Shown: one piece after another, positions 12,262 through 22,700 of the stretch
Numbering within the stretch: the stretch's first letter is position 1
Layout of the letters: every line of letters begins with the position of its first letter
Source of the DNA: Gekko japonicus
Taxonomy: Eukaryota
Direction of reading: 5' to 3'
Assembly: GCF_001447785.1 (NCBI RefSeq)
Contig: NW_015175972.1
Span: forward strand, 1,840,989-1,904,988
Length of the DNA: 64,000 nt
Translations under genes and position numbers: made by a program
Notes under the pieces: model-generated
What the model saw: only the letters and a program-made list of their open reading frames with translations
What the model was told of the DNA's origin: nothing
The model's database searches: none

Positions 12262-12452
12262 TGCCATCAGGTCTCAACTGATTTATGTTGACCTGTAGGG
12301 TTTTGAAGGCATAAGACATTCCGGGTGGTTTGCCACAGTATGCCTCCACATCATGCCCCTGGAAGCTCCATCCACATTCAAGCCAGGACTGATCCTGTTT
12401 AGTTTTCTAGATCTGATGAGATCAGGCTGGCCTGGGCCATCCAGGTCAGGGC
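12262..12452 (-). mobile_element. 5S-derived SINE (diverged)
   Basis: gatctgatgagatcaggctggcctgggccatccaggtcagggc end, as in 5325-5535. Confidence 0.6.
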
Positions 12453-12580
12453 TTTTTTCCAGAGTAAATATGCATGGTATCGGACTCTAAATTTGCATAG
12501 GACTGCATCCTAGGAGTGACAGACAGTTTAGCTCATTGATTTGCATGGAGGTTTTAATGACCCGAACCATGCAAATAATT

Positions 12581-12985
12581 CAGGTGGGTAGCCATGTTGG
12601 TCTGAAGCAGCAGAACAAAGTTTGTGTCCACTGGCACCTTGAAGACCAACGAAGTTTTATTCAAAGGGATGAGCTTTCGTGTGCAAGGCACACTTCTTCA
12701 GATACAGTGAAACAGAATTTCCTCAGCCATTACATATAGGAAGGGGGGTGATTAGTTGCCAGGAAGGGATAGTTAAGAGTCAAGATGTATAAAGAAGTGG
12801 GCGATTATACCTAAGATCTGTGAGTGGCAGTAAAGTAGCATACAAATACAAGAGTTAACAAACGGATGTGAAAATGAAGTTTGAGTCCCATGGCACCTCC
12901 AAGACCAATGAAGTTCAATTCTGGGTATAAGCAAGAAATGAGAGACTTAGCATGTGTAGATGCACACTCCTTCATATACACTGAA
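12581..12985 (-). mobile_element. Tandem Penelope-like termini; hammerhead core at 12667-12705 plus a degenerate second unit
   Basis: Minus strand GTAT-CTGAAGA-A-GTGTGC-CTT-GCACAC-GAAA-GCTC-ATCC. The tail aagtttg(t/a)gtcc..tggcacct..aagacca recurs ~258 nt away (12618, 12876). Confidence 0.75.
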
Positions 12986-13175
12986 TTGACAAGTTAGTTT
13001 CAGCGTGGGAGGGGGGAAAGCGAACTGGTGGGTGTTCTTGTTTAATCTGGTTCATTTCCTTGAGAAAGACTCTCAGGGTCAAAAATCTCATTGTCTTCTT
13101 TCTCCTTATCTCTGCAGCCTGTATCTGATGTTTGGGAGGGAGAGTATGGAAAGCGTTTAATTGAGTCGCTTTACA

Positions 13176-13527
13176 GAGCTGTGGTGGCTCAAGTGGTTAA
13201 GACACTGAACCTCAGGCTGTGGAAGGTCGGTAGTTCAGCAGTTCCAGACCTGGGTGCTGCATGACGGAGTGAGCTCCCATCTCTAGTTCCAGCTCCTGCC
13301 AACCTAGCAGTTCGAAAGCAAGAAATTGCAAGTAGATAAATAGGTACCGCTTCAGTGGGAAGGTAACAGCGTTCCGTGCGCCTTGGTGTTTAGTCATGCT
13401 GGCCACATGACCACGGAAACGTCTTCGGACAGCGCTGGCTTTTCGGCTTTCAAACGGAGATGAACACCGCAACCCTAGAGTCGGATTCGACTGGCTTTCC
13501 AGCAAGGGATACCTTCACCTTTACCTT
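13176..13527 (+). mobile_element. Sauria SINE (Squam1), full length
   Basis: gagctgtggtggctcaagtggttaagacactgaa ... gagtcggattcgactgg ... accttcacctttacctt. Confidence 0.9.
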
Positions 13528-14043
13528 ACTCAACAGTAAGCCCCATTGAGTTCAGTGGATTTACTGCTGAATAACTGCATACAGGACTGCAGCTTCTGGC
13601 AGAAAGCTACTGAGGGGCCTAGCTTCTGTGACCTGTCTTTGCCATTCCTGATTGTACCATGTCATGTACAAAACAATAAAAGGACACATCTTTTTCTTTG
13701 TCTTTCTCTTTTCTACTGAATTCTCCTTTGAAGTTCTTTTATAGATGATCTTTAGATTACCAGGACAGTACTCTGGAACATTAAAAAGCCCTCCATTGGT
13801 TTCTGACTATTACCATTTCAAATGTCAGTGTGTCCATTTATTCTTTTAGATATACTTAAAACTCCAGCCAACAGGAAGAAGAAAGGAGTGGAAGATGATA
13901 CAAAGAGAGGCTAGTAAAGATCTAGTCAAAAGACTCCCCACAAGTGGGTGGGGACCACTCCCAATTGTTGATAGATGGGCAAGGATTAACCGGATCTAAA
14001 CAAGGAAACCACGGCTAGATTCGTGTCCAGTAACACTTTAGAG

Positions 14044-14393
14044 GAGGGGTCCCCTACCTTTTTGACCTTGTGGGTACCTTTGGAATTCTGACACAGCGTG
14101 GTGGGCACAGCAACAAAATGTCTGCCATAAAATGGCTGCTGCCAGAGGTGGAGCCAGCTACAAAATGGTTGCCCCAGCTTACCTTCAGTCAGGGAAGATC
14201 CTTGGGCTTTGGTGGCAGCTGCCAAAGCAATGTTTTCTATAATCTGCACAGCCAAACTCTAGTGGACAATCAGAAGCCTTGCTGGGCAAAAGCCCTCCCT
14301 GCCTCTCCCACGTTCTAAGAACACTTTGGTGGGTACCAGAAAAAGTGTCACTAGGTGCCATGCTGCCCATGGGCACCACATTGGGGACCCTCG
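14044..14393. mobile_element. hAT-type MITE nested in a Penelope terminus
   Basis: Termini gaggggtcccc / ggggaccctcg; TSD ctttagag / ccttagag. Flanks rejoin to tccagtaacac-ttagagacgaacaag...gagctctc...catcatcagata (degenerate hammerhead at 14420-14459). Same family as 36384-36748. Confidence 0.7.
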
Positions 14394-14647
14394 CCTTAGA
14401 GACGAACAAGATTTTTGGGAGATGAGCTCTCAAGAGTCAAAGCTCCCATCATCAGATATTGGGTGAAACATGATGAGCAGACCCAGTCAGAAAAGTACAG
14501 ACGGTGTAAAGGTACAGCTGAACTAATATAAAACTGCAATGGGTGAGAAATCTCAAATCCTGGTTCAAATGAGCAATTTCAATAGTACCTCGGTGACATG
14601 GAATGTCCAAGACCCATCACAGAAGCTAGTTCCATGTTACTTGGCAG

Positions 14648-15050
14648 CAGGGGTCATTTTGTAGAAAAAGAGGTGCAGGAGCTTATTAGCATAACTCATT
14701 AGCATAACTTATTTGAATATGCCACCCCCTGACATCAGGGTGTGTGTCAGAAGGCAACACCCACCGCTCAGGCACCACTGGACTGTTTTGGATTGCTAGC
14801 TATTGGGGGGGGGGGACATGCAGATCTGTCCTCGCAGAGGAGGGAGAGCTTGTACCTGAATAAAACTTGGTCTTAAAGATGCCACTAGACTGTTTTGGAC
14901 TGGGGGGCCGGGGGGGGGGCTCTGCAACTTACCTGGCTGCTTCTTGCTCTGACTGAGGGCTGCTGGGAGCAGGGGGTGGGACTTGTTGCATGTGCCCACC
15001 CCCTGAGCTCTTTACTGCCAGACCTCCGCTCCTGCAGGAAATGACCCCTG
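14648..15050. mobile_element. hAT-type MITE
   Basis: TIR CAGGGGTCATTT / AAATGACCCCTG; perfect 8-bp TSD CTTGGCAG at 14640-14647 and 15051-15058. Confidence 0.88.
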
Positions 15051-16216
15051 CTTGGCAGCAGTAAACCTAATGAATTCAATGAGTTTTAAATATAACTGTA
15101 CTTGCCTATGGATGTAAACTTTTTGCATCTGATGAAATGAAATGTGAGTCACAAATGTTTTGCTGGAATACATTTTGTTAGACTTTAAGGTGCCACTGGA
15201 TATTCCCTGTTTAATTTTGTCATGATATCACATTTCTGGTCAATGAACTTCCTGGGCTATTTGTTTGGCAGTTAGTAACTTGCTTGCCTATTTAAATATG
15301 CCTTGCTTATGTGTCACAGCACCATAAAATGAAGGAAACAGAAGGGATTGCTAGCCAGCTCCCTCCCCTTTGGTCACATGACAAAGCTGCTCACTGATTC
15401 ACATTCACATGTCAACTGCTCACCGATAAGCTCACAAGTTCCAGTTTGCAGTGTGATCCACAAGCACACTGTGAGAGCACCACCCACAATGACATATTTG
15501 GGAAGTTTTTATCCCACTTTTCTGCCATAAAGGTATTCAAGGTAACTAACAATAATAAGCTAAATCAGCACATCCAGGTAAACGTAAATGTAAAAATGCA
15601 GTGATTAAAAAAAGTCTACCAATTGCAGCCAAAAGTAAAATGCTTCCCCCAAGGGAAAGGACAGAAGCAGTCATAATTTCCTGTGACTAACCTATCTGTA
15701 AGCCTGTACTGAAAAAAGGGTTAGGGCCTAGGTCTGATTAGTAGACTGCAGACTGGCAGATAGCTGGTGGGTACATAGGCTTGTATGGGGGTGGTGGTGG
15801 TGTTACACATCCCTGATCTGGTCTGATCACAATCTACGATTTCCCCATCCCTGGTCACAACTTTCACCCAAAGCTTATACCTTGAATAAAACTTTGTTGG
15901 TCTTAAAGGTGCCACTGGACTCAAACTTTGTTCTGAACCACACATACAAAGTCATCTTTGAGTTAATGTGCCTCAGGAATTCCAATATCAAACATTGAAT
16001 ATGTTACAAAAAAGTCCTTGTCAGAAGAAATCAGTTAATACTGTCATTTTGCAGTGAGGAACATAGAGTCTGACAGATGCATTTAAGACATGGTGACCTA
16101 AATCAGGAGATTTTGGAGATCTATTATAACCTAGCTCAGGAAGATCAGGCAGACCATCTACCTTTTGCCCATCCTGCTCTAAAAGATATTAACATGAGCC
16201 TCAGGCAAACTTGAGG

Positions 16217-16888
16217 AGGGGCCTATTGCTCATTGATAAGAGCACCCACTTTGCATACAGAAGGTTCCAGGTTCAATCCCTGGCTTTCCCAGTTAAAAAT
16301 ATCAGGTAGCAGAGGTCATATCGGGGGGGATCGCAGTTCCCCCGGGTGAGGTACGGGGGGGCGGGGCACATGACGAAGCCCCGCCCCCTGCCTCCGGCCG
16401 CCCCCCTTCTGGCCCTCATTCAGCCAGGAGGAGGCAGGAGAAGAGGGAGGGTAAGTTGCTTCCTCCCTGCCTCTCCCCACCCCTGCCTGCCTGGGGCCAG
16501 GGAGGGCCTTCACGGGGCTTCCTTGCACTCCTGCCGGCCTTGCAGGTCCACCGCCGAGCCCCTCCTGGGGCTCGGCAGTGGAGCTGCAAGGCCGCCGCTG
16601 GCGGCCAGAACTGTTGGGGGCGGGGTGTGTGGCCTTATGACACACTTCCGGTGATGTCAGGGTGTGTGGCCTTATGACACACTTCCGGTGATGTCAGGGG
16701 GTGTGGCATATGCTAATGAGTTATGCTAATGAGTCCCCTTAGCTCTTTTTCTACGAAACGACCCCTGTCAGGTAGTAAGTGTTGTGGCCACTCACTGCAT
16801 TTCCCCACTGCCAGTCAGAGCAGACAATGTTGACCTTGATAGGCCACTGGTCTGACTGGCTGTAAGGCAGCTCTCTGTGTTCATGTGA
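16217..16888 (+). mobile_element. tRNA-derived SINE with CR1-type tail (Squam2-like), split by a hAT MITE
   Basis: Box B-like ggttcaatccc at ~16270; tail ggtctgactggctgtaaggcagct...gttcatgtg; same family reversed at 35523-35731. Confidence 0.65.
16310..16767. mobile_element. hAT-type MITE inserted into the SINE
   Basis: Termini cagaggtc / gacccctg; 8-bp TSD TCAGGTAG at 16302-16309 and 16768-16775; internal 37-bp tandem duplication at 16623-16696. Confidence 0.85.
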
Positions 16889-17064
16889 TTAAGGAGGGAG
16901 TTGCCAATCTGGGTACCACCACAGAAAATCTGCTTACACACTGTAAAGAGTCACCTACAGAACAAATATATCCCCATAACTCAAGCAACTGAGCCAAATT
17001 GGAAAGTAAAGGCAACAGAACATCTTGCCAATATTTCCAGTCTCAGTCCCTAGCTATCCTCCAG

Positions 17065-17510
17065 ATGGCCACCAGGACATTCCATCAAGGACTTAAAGGT
17101 CACCATAGTTCAACAGAAAATTTCAAAACTAAAATCCAATGGGAAGTTGCTGAATTGGAATTTATTATATGTAAATTTGACTCAGTCAGACTTGGATTGA
17201 ATAGATACTTTGGATGGTTATCTCATTAACAGAAGTAACTGCCTTTCAGGTATTCCATTCAGATTCATCAGTAGAAGGAAGGGGGTCACACCCAGCCTGG
17301 ATTGCACATTCTACTTTTTTCATGACTTTTGCAATTGCTTTGCATGGAACTTTCTGCATGCTCTCCCCCCTCCCCCTTACCACCTATATATCTCTGGCCA
17401 GTTGCTTCATACCCTCCATGCATCTGATGAAGACAGTTGTGTTTCTCCAAAGCTTATGCTACAATAAAGTTTGTTCGTCTCAAAGGCACTACTGGGCTTT
17501 TTACTATTTT
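17065..17510 (+). mobile_element. Penelope-like retroelement 3' fragment: GIY-YIG C-terminus plus pLTR with mutated hammerhead
   Basis: Frameshifted translation PGHSIKDLKVTIVQQK-FKTKIQWEVAELEF-ICKFDSVRLGLNR, then GCAT-CTGATGA...CAAAGCTTATGC (17420-17459) and aataaagtttgttcgtctcaaaggcactac. Confidence 0.75.
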
Positions 17511-17819
17511 CCAGATAGCTAGGTAAGTGTAGGGTTTATGGTAAGATTACTCAGTACAATCAAGCCTTCTTTTGTTTATGCCATCAGGGCTGAAGTTTTT
17601 TTTCCACTCTGCATGCCTGTGGTGTAAACCTTATTTTATAGATGGAGGAGGCAGGAGTTGAGAATAATTTCATATTCCATATTAATCTGGATTTTTAAAA
17701 AGTGATTTGGTGAACAAACCCTTGAGGGCTTGCTGCAGCAGTTAATATGTACTCTGGATGAGGCAAACTGAAGGCACTTTTATGTAAGATCTATATGTAG
17801 ATCGTAGGAATTTTACAAC

Positions 17820-18920
17820 GTTTAGGGTTGTGCGGTCAAAAAGCATTCCTCTCCTTCGCTGTCACCGAGAGCCTCCATACTACTTCCTAACAGAGGTTGG
17901 GTATCTGCTCCTTTAAGGCCTTGACATTCCTGTCCTTTCGGTCCCGCCCCTGTGCTTTCTCCATTGGCTCTGTCGGTCCTTTTGTTTCTCTTTTGAGTAG
18001 GGTTTTTTATTTAGACGCCTTATGATTGGTCGAAGTCCTTTGGGTTTAGGGAGCGACGGTTAATTCGTCGTCCGCGAAGAGTAAGCCGAATAACCTTTTC
18101 CTTCCCGTCGTTTCCTCCTTTCCCAGAAAATGTGGTAGCAAAGGTGCTTAGAGTTGTAAGTGTGTCCTTATCTGAACTGGCAGCTGGAGACGTCCTGGGG
18201 GAGACGGTACCGAAAGGCGCTGTTTTCGGCTACATTGCAAAACGGGTTGTGGAGGACGCTCCCTCGAACGTACGTTCTCCACCCCTTCTTGGACCTGGGA
18301 CAGAATCTGCAGGATGGCCGGGTCGGAGTCCCGGGAGTGAGCCCGCGAGAGAGAACGGCTTCCCTACCGTGCCGGCGGGCGAAAGTAGCAAAGAGGTCGC
18401 GGAGAAGCAGCGCCTCCAGCGGCCGGGGGCGAGGAAGAGATGGTAGGGGGTCCTTTCCGTCCCCTTTTTTGTTGCCCCCCCCCCCGCGCTTGGGGGCATG
18501 GCTGTGGTGGGGGGTGCTGGTGGTGATTATAGCCATGGGAATGATTCGTATATCTCCTGACGGGTAGACGGAAGTACTCCACTGGGGTGAGCTCCGAGTT
18601 GTTGTCCTCCTCCAGCGCGGAACGCGAGAGGTCTCGTTTCCTTTCCTTTTCGTTTCCCCGAGGCGCTTCCCTCGTTTACCTCTGACAAGCTGCCCCCTCC
18701 CCCTTGGTTGGGAGAGAGGTTTTTGCGCCCCCCCTCCCATCGCCACCGAGTCCGGGAGGGGAAAGTAGATTCTAATCTAGATGGGGTGCGTGTGTGTATG
18801 AAATATACGTTAAGTGGGTCTGTCCCACACGGTAAAGTGTTCTCCTTTCTCAATATTCGGTTTTATCGTGGTGATCTAGCAGTCCGAAGGGTGGCCCGCA
18901 TGGCAGTGTCTTTTCTAGAA
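17820..18920 (+). promoter_or_regulatory. TPRA1 CpG-island promoter and probable non-coding first exon(s)
   Basis: CpG-dense. GC box CCCGCCCC 17943-17950, reverse CCAAT boxes at 17963-17967 and 18025-18029, ETS-like CGGAAGT ~18570, candidate donors at 18081, 18156 and 18587. The first coding exon (26417) has an acceptor, so it needs an upstream exon. Confidence 0.75.
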
Positions 18921-18937
18921 GCCTTGAGGTGTGCGTC

Positions 18938-19055
18938 TCATAAGAACATAAGAGAAGCCAGTGTTGGATCAGGCCAGTGGCCCATCCAGTCCAGCACTCT
19001 GTCACACAGTGGCCAAATATACCAGGTGCCATCAGGAGGTCCAGCAGTGGGGCCA
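18938..19055 (-). mobile_element. CR1 LINE 3' end
   Basis: cataagaacataagagaagcc..ttggatcaggccagtggcccatccagtccagc is the reverse of a CR1 3' terminus with its 8-bp repeat. Confidence 0.7.
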
Positions 19056-19572
19056 GAATAGTCTCTGTCCTGGGAAACAAATGTTTTGACATTCCTTTAA
19101 TAGAACCGTGGGCTGGCGGGGCTGGTGCCTTCCTCCAGCCCGAGGCCCCCCCACTAGCCTAGGCAGGCCTCTTTGGAAGAAAGTGCCTGGCCCTTCCAGC
19201 ATCGTCTCTTTTTGAATGTGTGCTTGAATTAGCTAGGGCCCCCTCCCTCCCCCCTTTCGGTATTTGTGCTTCTACCCTGTTTCATTGTTTAGTGGCCTGG
19301 TAACTTCGAGCAAAATCGCGTTGCTGTTGAGTGCAACTTTTGGTGAAGCCTTAGGTGGATGCGCCAAATTGGTGATTTAAAAAATGAGTGGGTTTTTTGG
19401 GGGGAAAGGGGGTTGTGATTTGAATAAACAGAAGACATTTTGAAGGAATAGATGGGCATAAGTTTCTATGATGACATGTTGCCGATGGTGATCTTAACAT
19501 TATTGTAGCCTGGTATGGTGTCTTCATTGGTTGAAAATCCCAAAGCTCTGAAACTTGGACTCATCCGTCAGG

Positions 19573-19778
19573 CAATGTTCCCTCTAAGCTGTGGAATCTT
19601 GTGAGCAAGAATTCTACTTTGTGAGCTCCTGGCATTAAAGTTGTGAGCAAGCTATTTGGCTACTGCATAAATCAGTTTGCTCCGGAGCCATCCTCCCTGA
19701 GCTAAGACAAAAATGTGTGAGCCGGAGGTGAAAAAACTGTGAGCTAGCTCACACTAACTCAGCTTAGAGGGAACATTG
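19573..19778. mobile_element. hAT-type MITE
   Basis: 19-bp TIR CAATGTTCCCTCTAAGCTG; 8-bp TSD CCGTCAGG at 19565-19572 and 19779-19786. Confidence 0.9.
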
Positions 19779-22700
19779 CCGTCAGGCATTGTCCACTGCT
19801 TGACCTCTGTTTCTGAGCTCACGCTTACCACCTTTCAGCTCATGCAGTGGGTAGGCTTCTTTGACAGCTGTCCACAGCTGAAATGGGACTGTGTTTCCTC
19901 TTCCTTTCTTTTTGACACCCGTAACTCAAAGGCTTGTTTCCTTAAGGCAATAAATACTCCCTTGGACGTTTTCTCCTTCTCTCTAAATTAGTTGCAGATT
20001 CTATAGTACGATTTAATTAATACTTAATTCCTAAGCAGCATTAGAGGGGAAGAACCAAGAGACCTGACTGATAAATCTTGGAGTGATTAACTAAGTCCTT
20101 GGAGTACTAATGTCCTAGCATGACAGGAAGTATGCTTATTGTGACACTTGCATTAAAACGTGCAGCGTGATTAAGCTGTTGACTGTGTAAGTGCTGTTTA
20201 AGGATACTACGTGTGTTGTAATTGAGCCCCAGGTATTCATGGCAGGCAAATCCTACGAACATGCTCTTGTGTGGGAGCTGCTCCCACATGTAGACAGGGG
20301 AACAGGAAACTGAAAGAATATGGCAAGAAATGAAAGGGGGACAAATTGTTGTAGCTAGATTTTATTACTGTGTGTTCTGGAACACACCGTTTTTGTGCAG
20401 TTGCATGCTTTAGCAAACTGTTTATACCTCGGCCACGGGGAGTCCAGTTCCAGGTTATGTCTGAAATAGGTAAGGTCGCTGATGGAAATGCTCCTCAAGG
20501 CATGCTGTTTTCATCTTACAGTGCCACAGTTGTTCGATCTGGTTTGAAGTTTAAAGTTCTCATGGCACAAACTGAACAGATGCTTATTGTACTGAGGCTG
20601 AAAAACCCCAGGCTGATGAACTTGTCCTCTAGTACAATAAGGAAGCAAAATTTGAGAGGGAGGGTGGGACCATTGGATGCCTTGTTTAGATAAAAGGCCT
20701 CTCTCTTCATGAGCCTAGCTGTTTGTTTAGAGTGTTATAATGGCTTAGTTCCATTATATAGCTTCTGAAGTGGTGTTTTCTGTTTCCCTGGGGGAAAGGG
20801 TGTTTCTCCCCTACTAGCCTAGGACATATAACTATTAGTTGCATAATTTAAATTCCACCAGACACAGAAATATGAAGAATGAAATAGTCTCCAAAATTTT
20901 AAGACTTAAATTGTAATCAACTTTGAAAGTACTAGATTACGTGTCAGTATTTCCACAACCTAATAGTTTGGTCAAGGCATATAGGAACAACGCAATTTCC
21001 ATGCCATCGTTGAGCTGTGCAAAATGTGAGCTAGTGTTAAGAGAGCAGTCTTGAGCACATACTGCGTGCCTCTTAGCAAATGTGTAAATACCAACAGTGT
21101 TCAGCACATCTGTGAATTGGGTTAGGAGTTTACAGGGCAGATTGCATGAATACTAGGCAGGGGCAGGGAATAACTAAAAATTCTTAGTGGGCACTGTGTT
21201 TCTCAGGGGGCTTGAAGCAGAAGGTGGGAGGTACCACTTTGGCCACTTTCTTATGGGTACTGACTTTCACACCTGCTCCTCAGTTGTCTCGAGTCTAGGC
21301 ATCTTTCTTGCTGGGAGCTAGGCACGGTAACCCTAGTTTAAGTGGTGAAAATGCATGGTTGCAATTATTTGATTAGTTCTCAGTTCAGCCTGTTTACAGT
21401 TAGAGGCATGAAACTGTACCCTAGTCATGGCAACAGTAGAAGCAAGTGGTATGGGACTGGTGTCCACCACCACCCCTGTCCCCACACTGCTTCTGCTGTC
21501 CCCAAACCCTGCTCCTCCCCCTTTATCATACTTGTGCAAAAGTGCAGGTATGGTGGCAGTCATGCTGGGCTCCCTTTGTAGTCTGGAATATCGCCAAGGG
21601 CATATGCTAGGACAACGTGGCAATATTCATCCACAGTTGTAGGGACTAGAAACTTTTTTAAAAGGCTGTGGTTCATGGGATTCTGAATTTTAAAAGTTTT
21701 TGTGCCATTAAACTGTATGCAGCCCAGGTTGCCCTTTGGTGTGATGAAAGGGAATGGAGAAGTATTTCCCCCGGGGAATATTGCAATGAACATAATTCCT
21801 CTGGTGAAATACACAGACAGTGTTAAAAGAGAGACTGCTTCTCAGAGTGCATAAGTAAACTGTGCAAGTTACTGTGCAGTTTGCGGTGGAAAGTCATGAA
21901 GGCCAGCTGTCACAGGTATACAAATTTGGTCTGACAAGGGACTTTGTGGTTCGTGCTATTGCCTGATAAATCGGTTTAAGATTTTTCATTTCTACAGGTT
22001 TTAATCAATAAATCTGCTTTTCCATATGAATAAAACAAGAGTTGTGGAGAAGAAAGAATACTCTTTGTATGTAGATAATACCCACACATGTGCCAGCAGG
22101 CCCCCTTAGGGGCTTTTCTATTGGCTCTGAGAGAGAAGGCCAAATTTTTCTTCGCATATGAAATCTACAGTTTTTGTACATCCCTGCATTTAAAAAATCT
22201 CTTTGTCTATTTTTTTTTTTTTATCGATTGCTGAATTGACCTGGAACATAATCTTATACATAATTTTTGTGAAATATAGTTCCTGGACTCTTTACCGATA
22301 CATACATGAATTTGCGAAACGAAAGTGTTTCAGTCTCATACTTCAGAGGACATGGTTTGGAAAACCAAGATACTTTGGAATTACAAAATTTAAAAATGAA
22401 ACGTTGAAACAAGTTTTGCTAATTTAGTTTGTGTTGCATGGAAGCCTTTTATTGCTGGTTCTTCTTCCACTGACTACAGTGCAGTCCTGTACAGAGTTAG
22501 ACACTTCCAAGTCCATTTAACTTAATCAGTTTAGAGTGTAACTGCTCAGGATTGCGTTTTAGAGAGACAACAGTTTTGCCTAAATGGGTTGCCAAGGCTG
22601 CATACAAGAAGATATGAGGTATAAGCATATTCCCTTTTTTTTACAGGTTGCCTTAAGCTGCCTTGGTTAAAAGCCATACAAGAGTGGTTTCCTGGCTAGT

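Noticed and set aside
16623-16696. 37-bp direct repeats (CRISPR-like length)
   Set aside because: Adjacent tandem duplication without spacers inside a hAT MITE, in a vertebrate genome.
18132-18853. Overlapping 100-190-aa ORFs on both strands
   Set aside because: Expected in a GC-rich CpG island; low-complexity translations with no recognisable domain.
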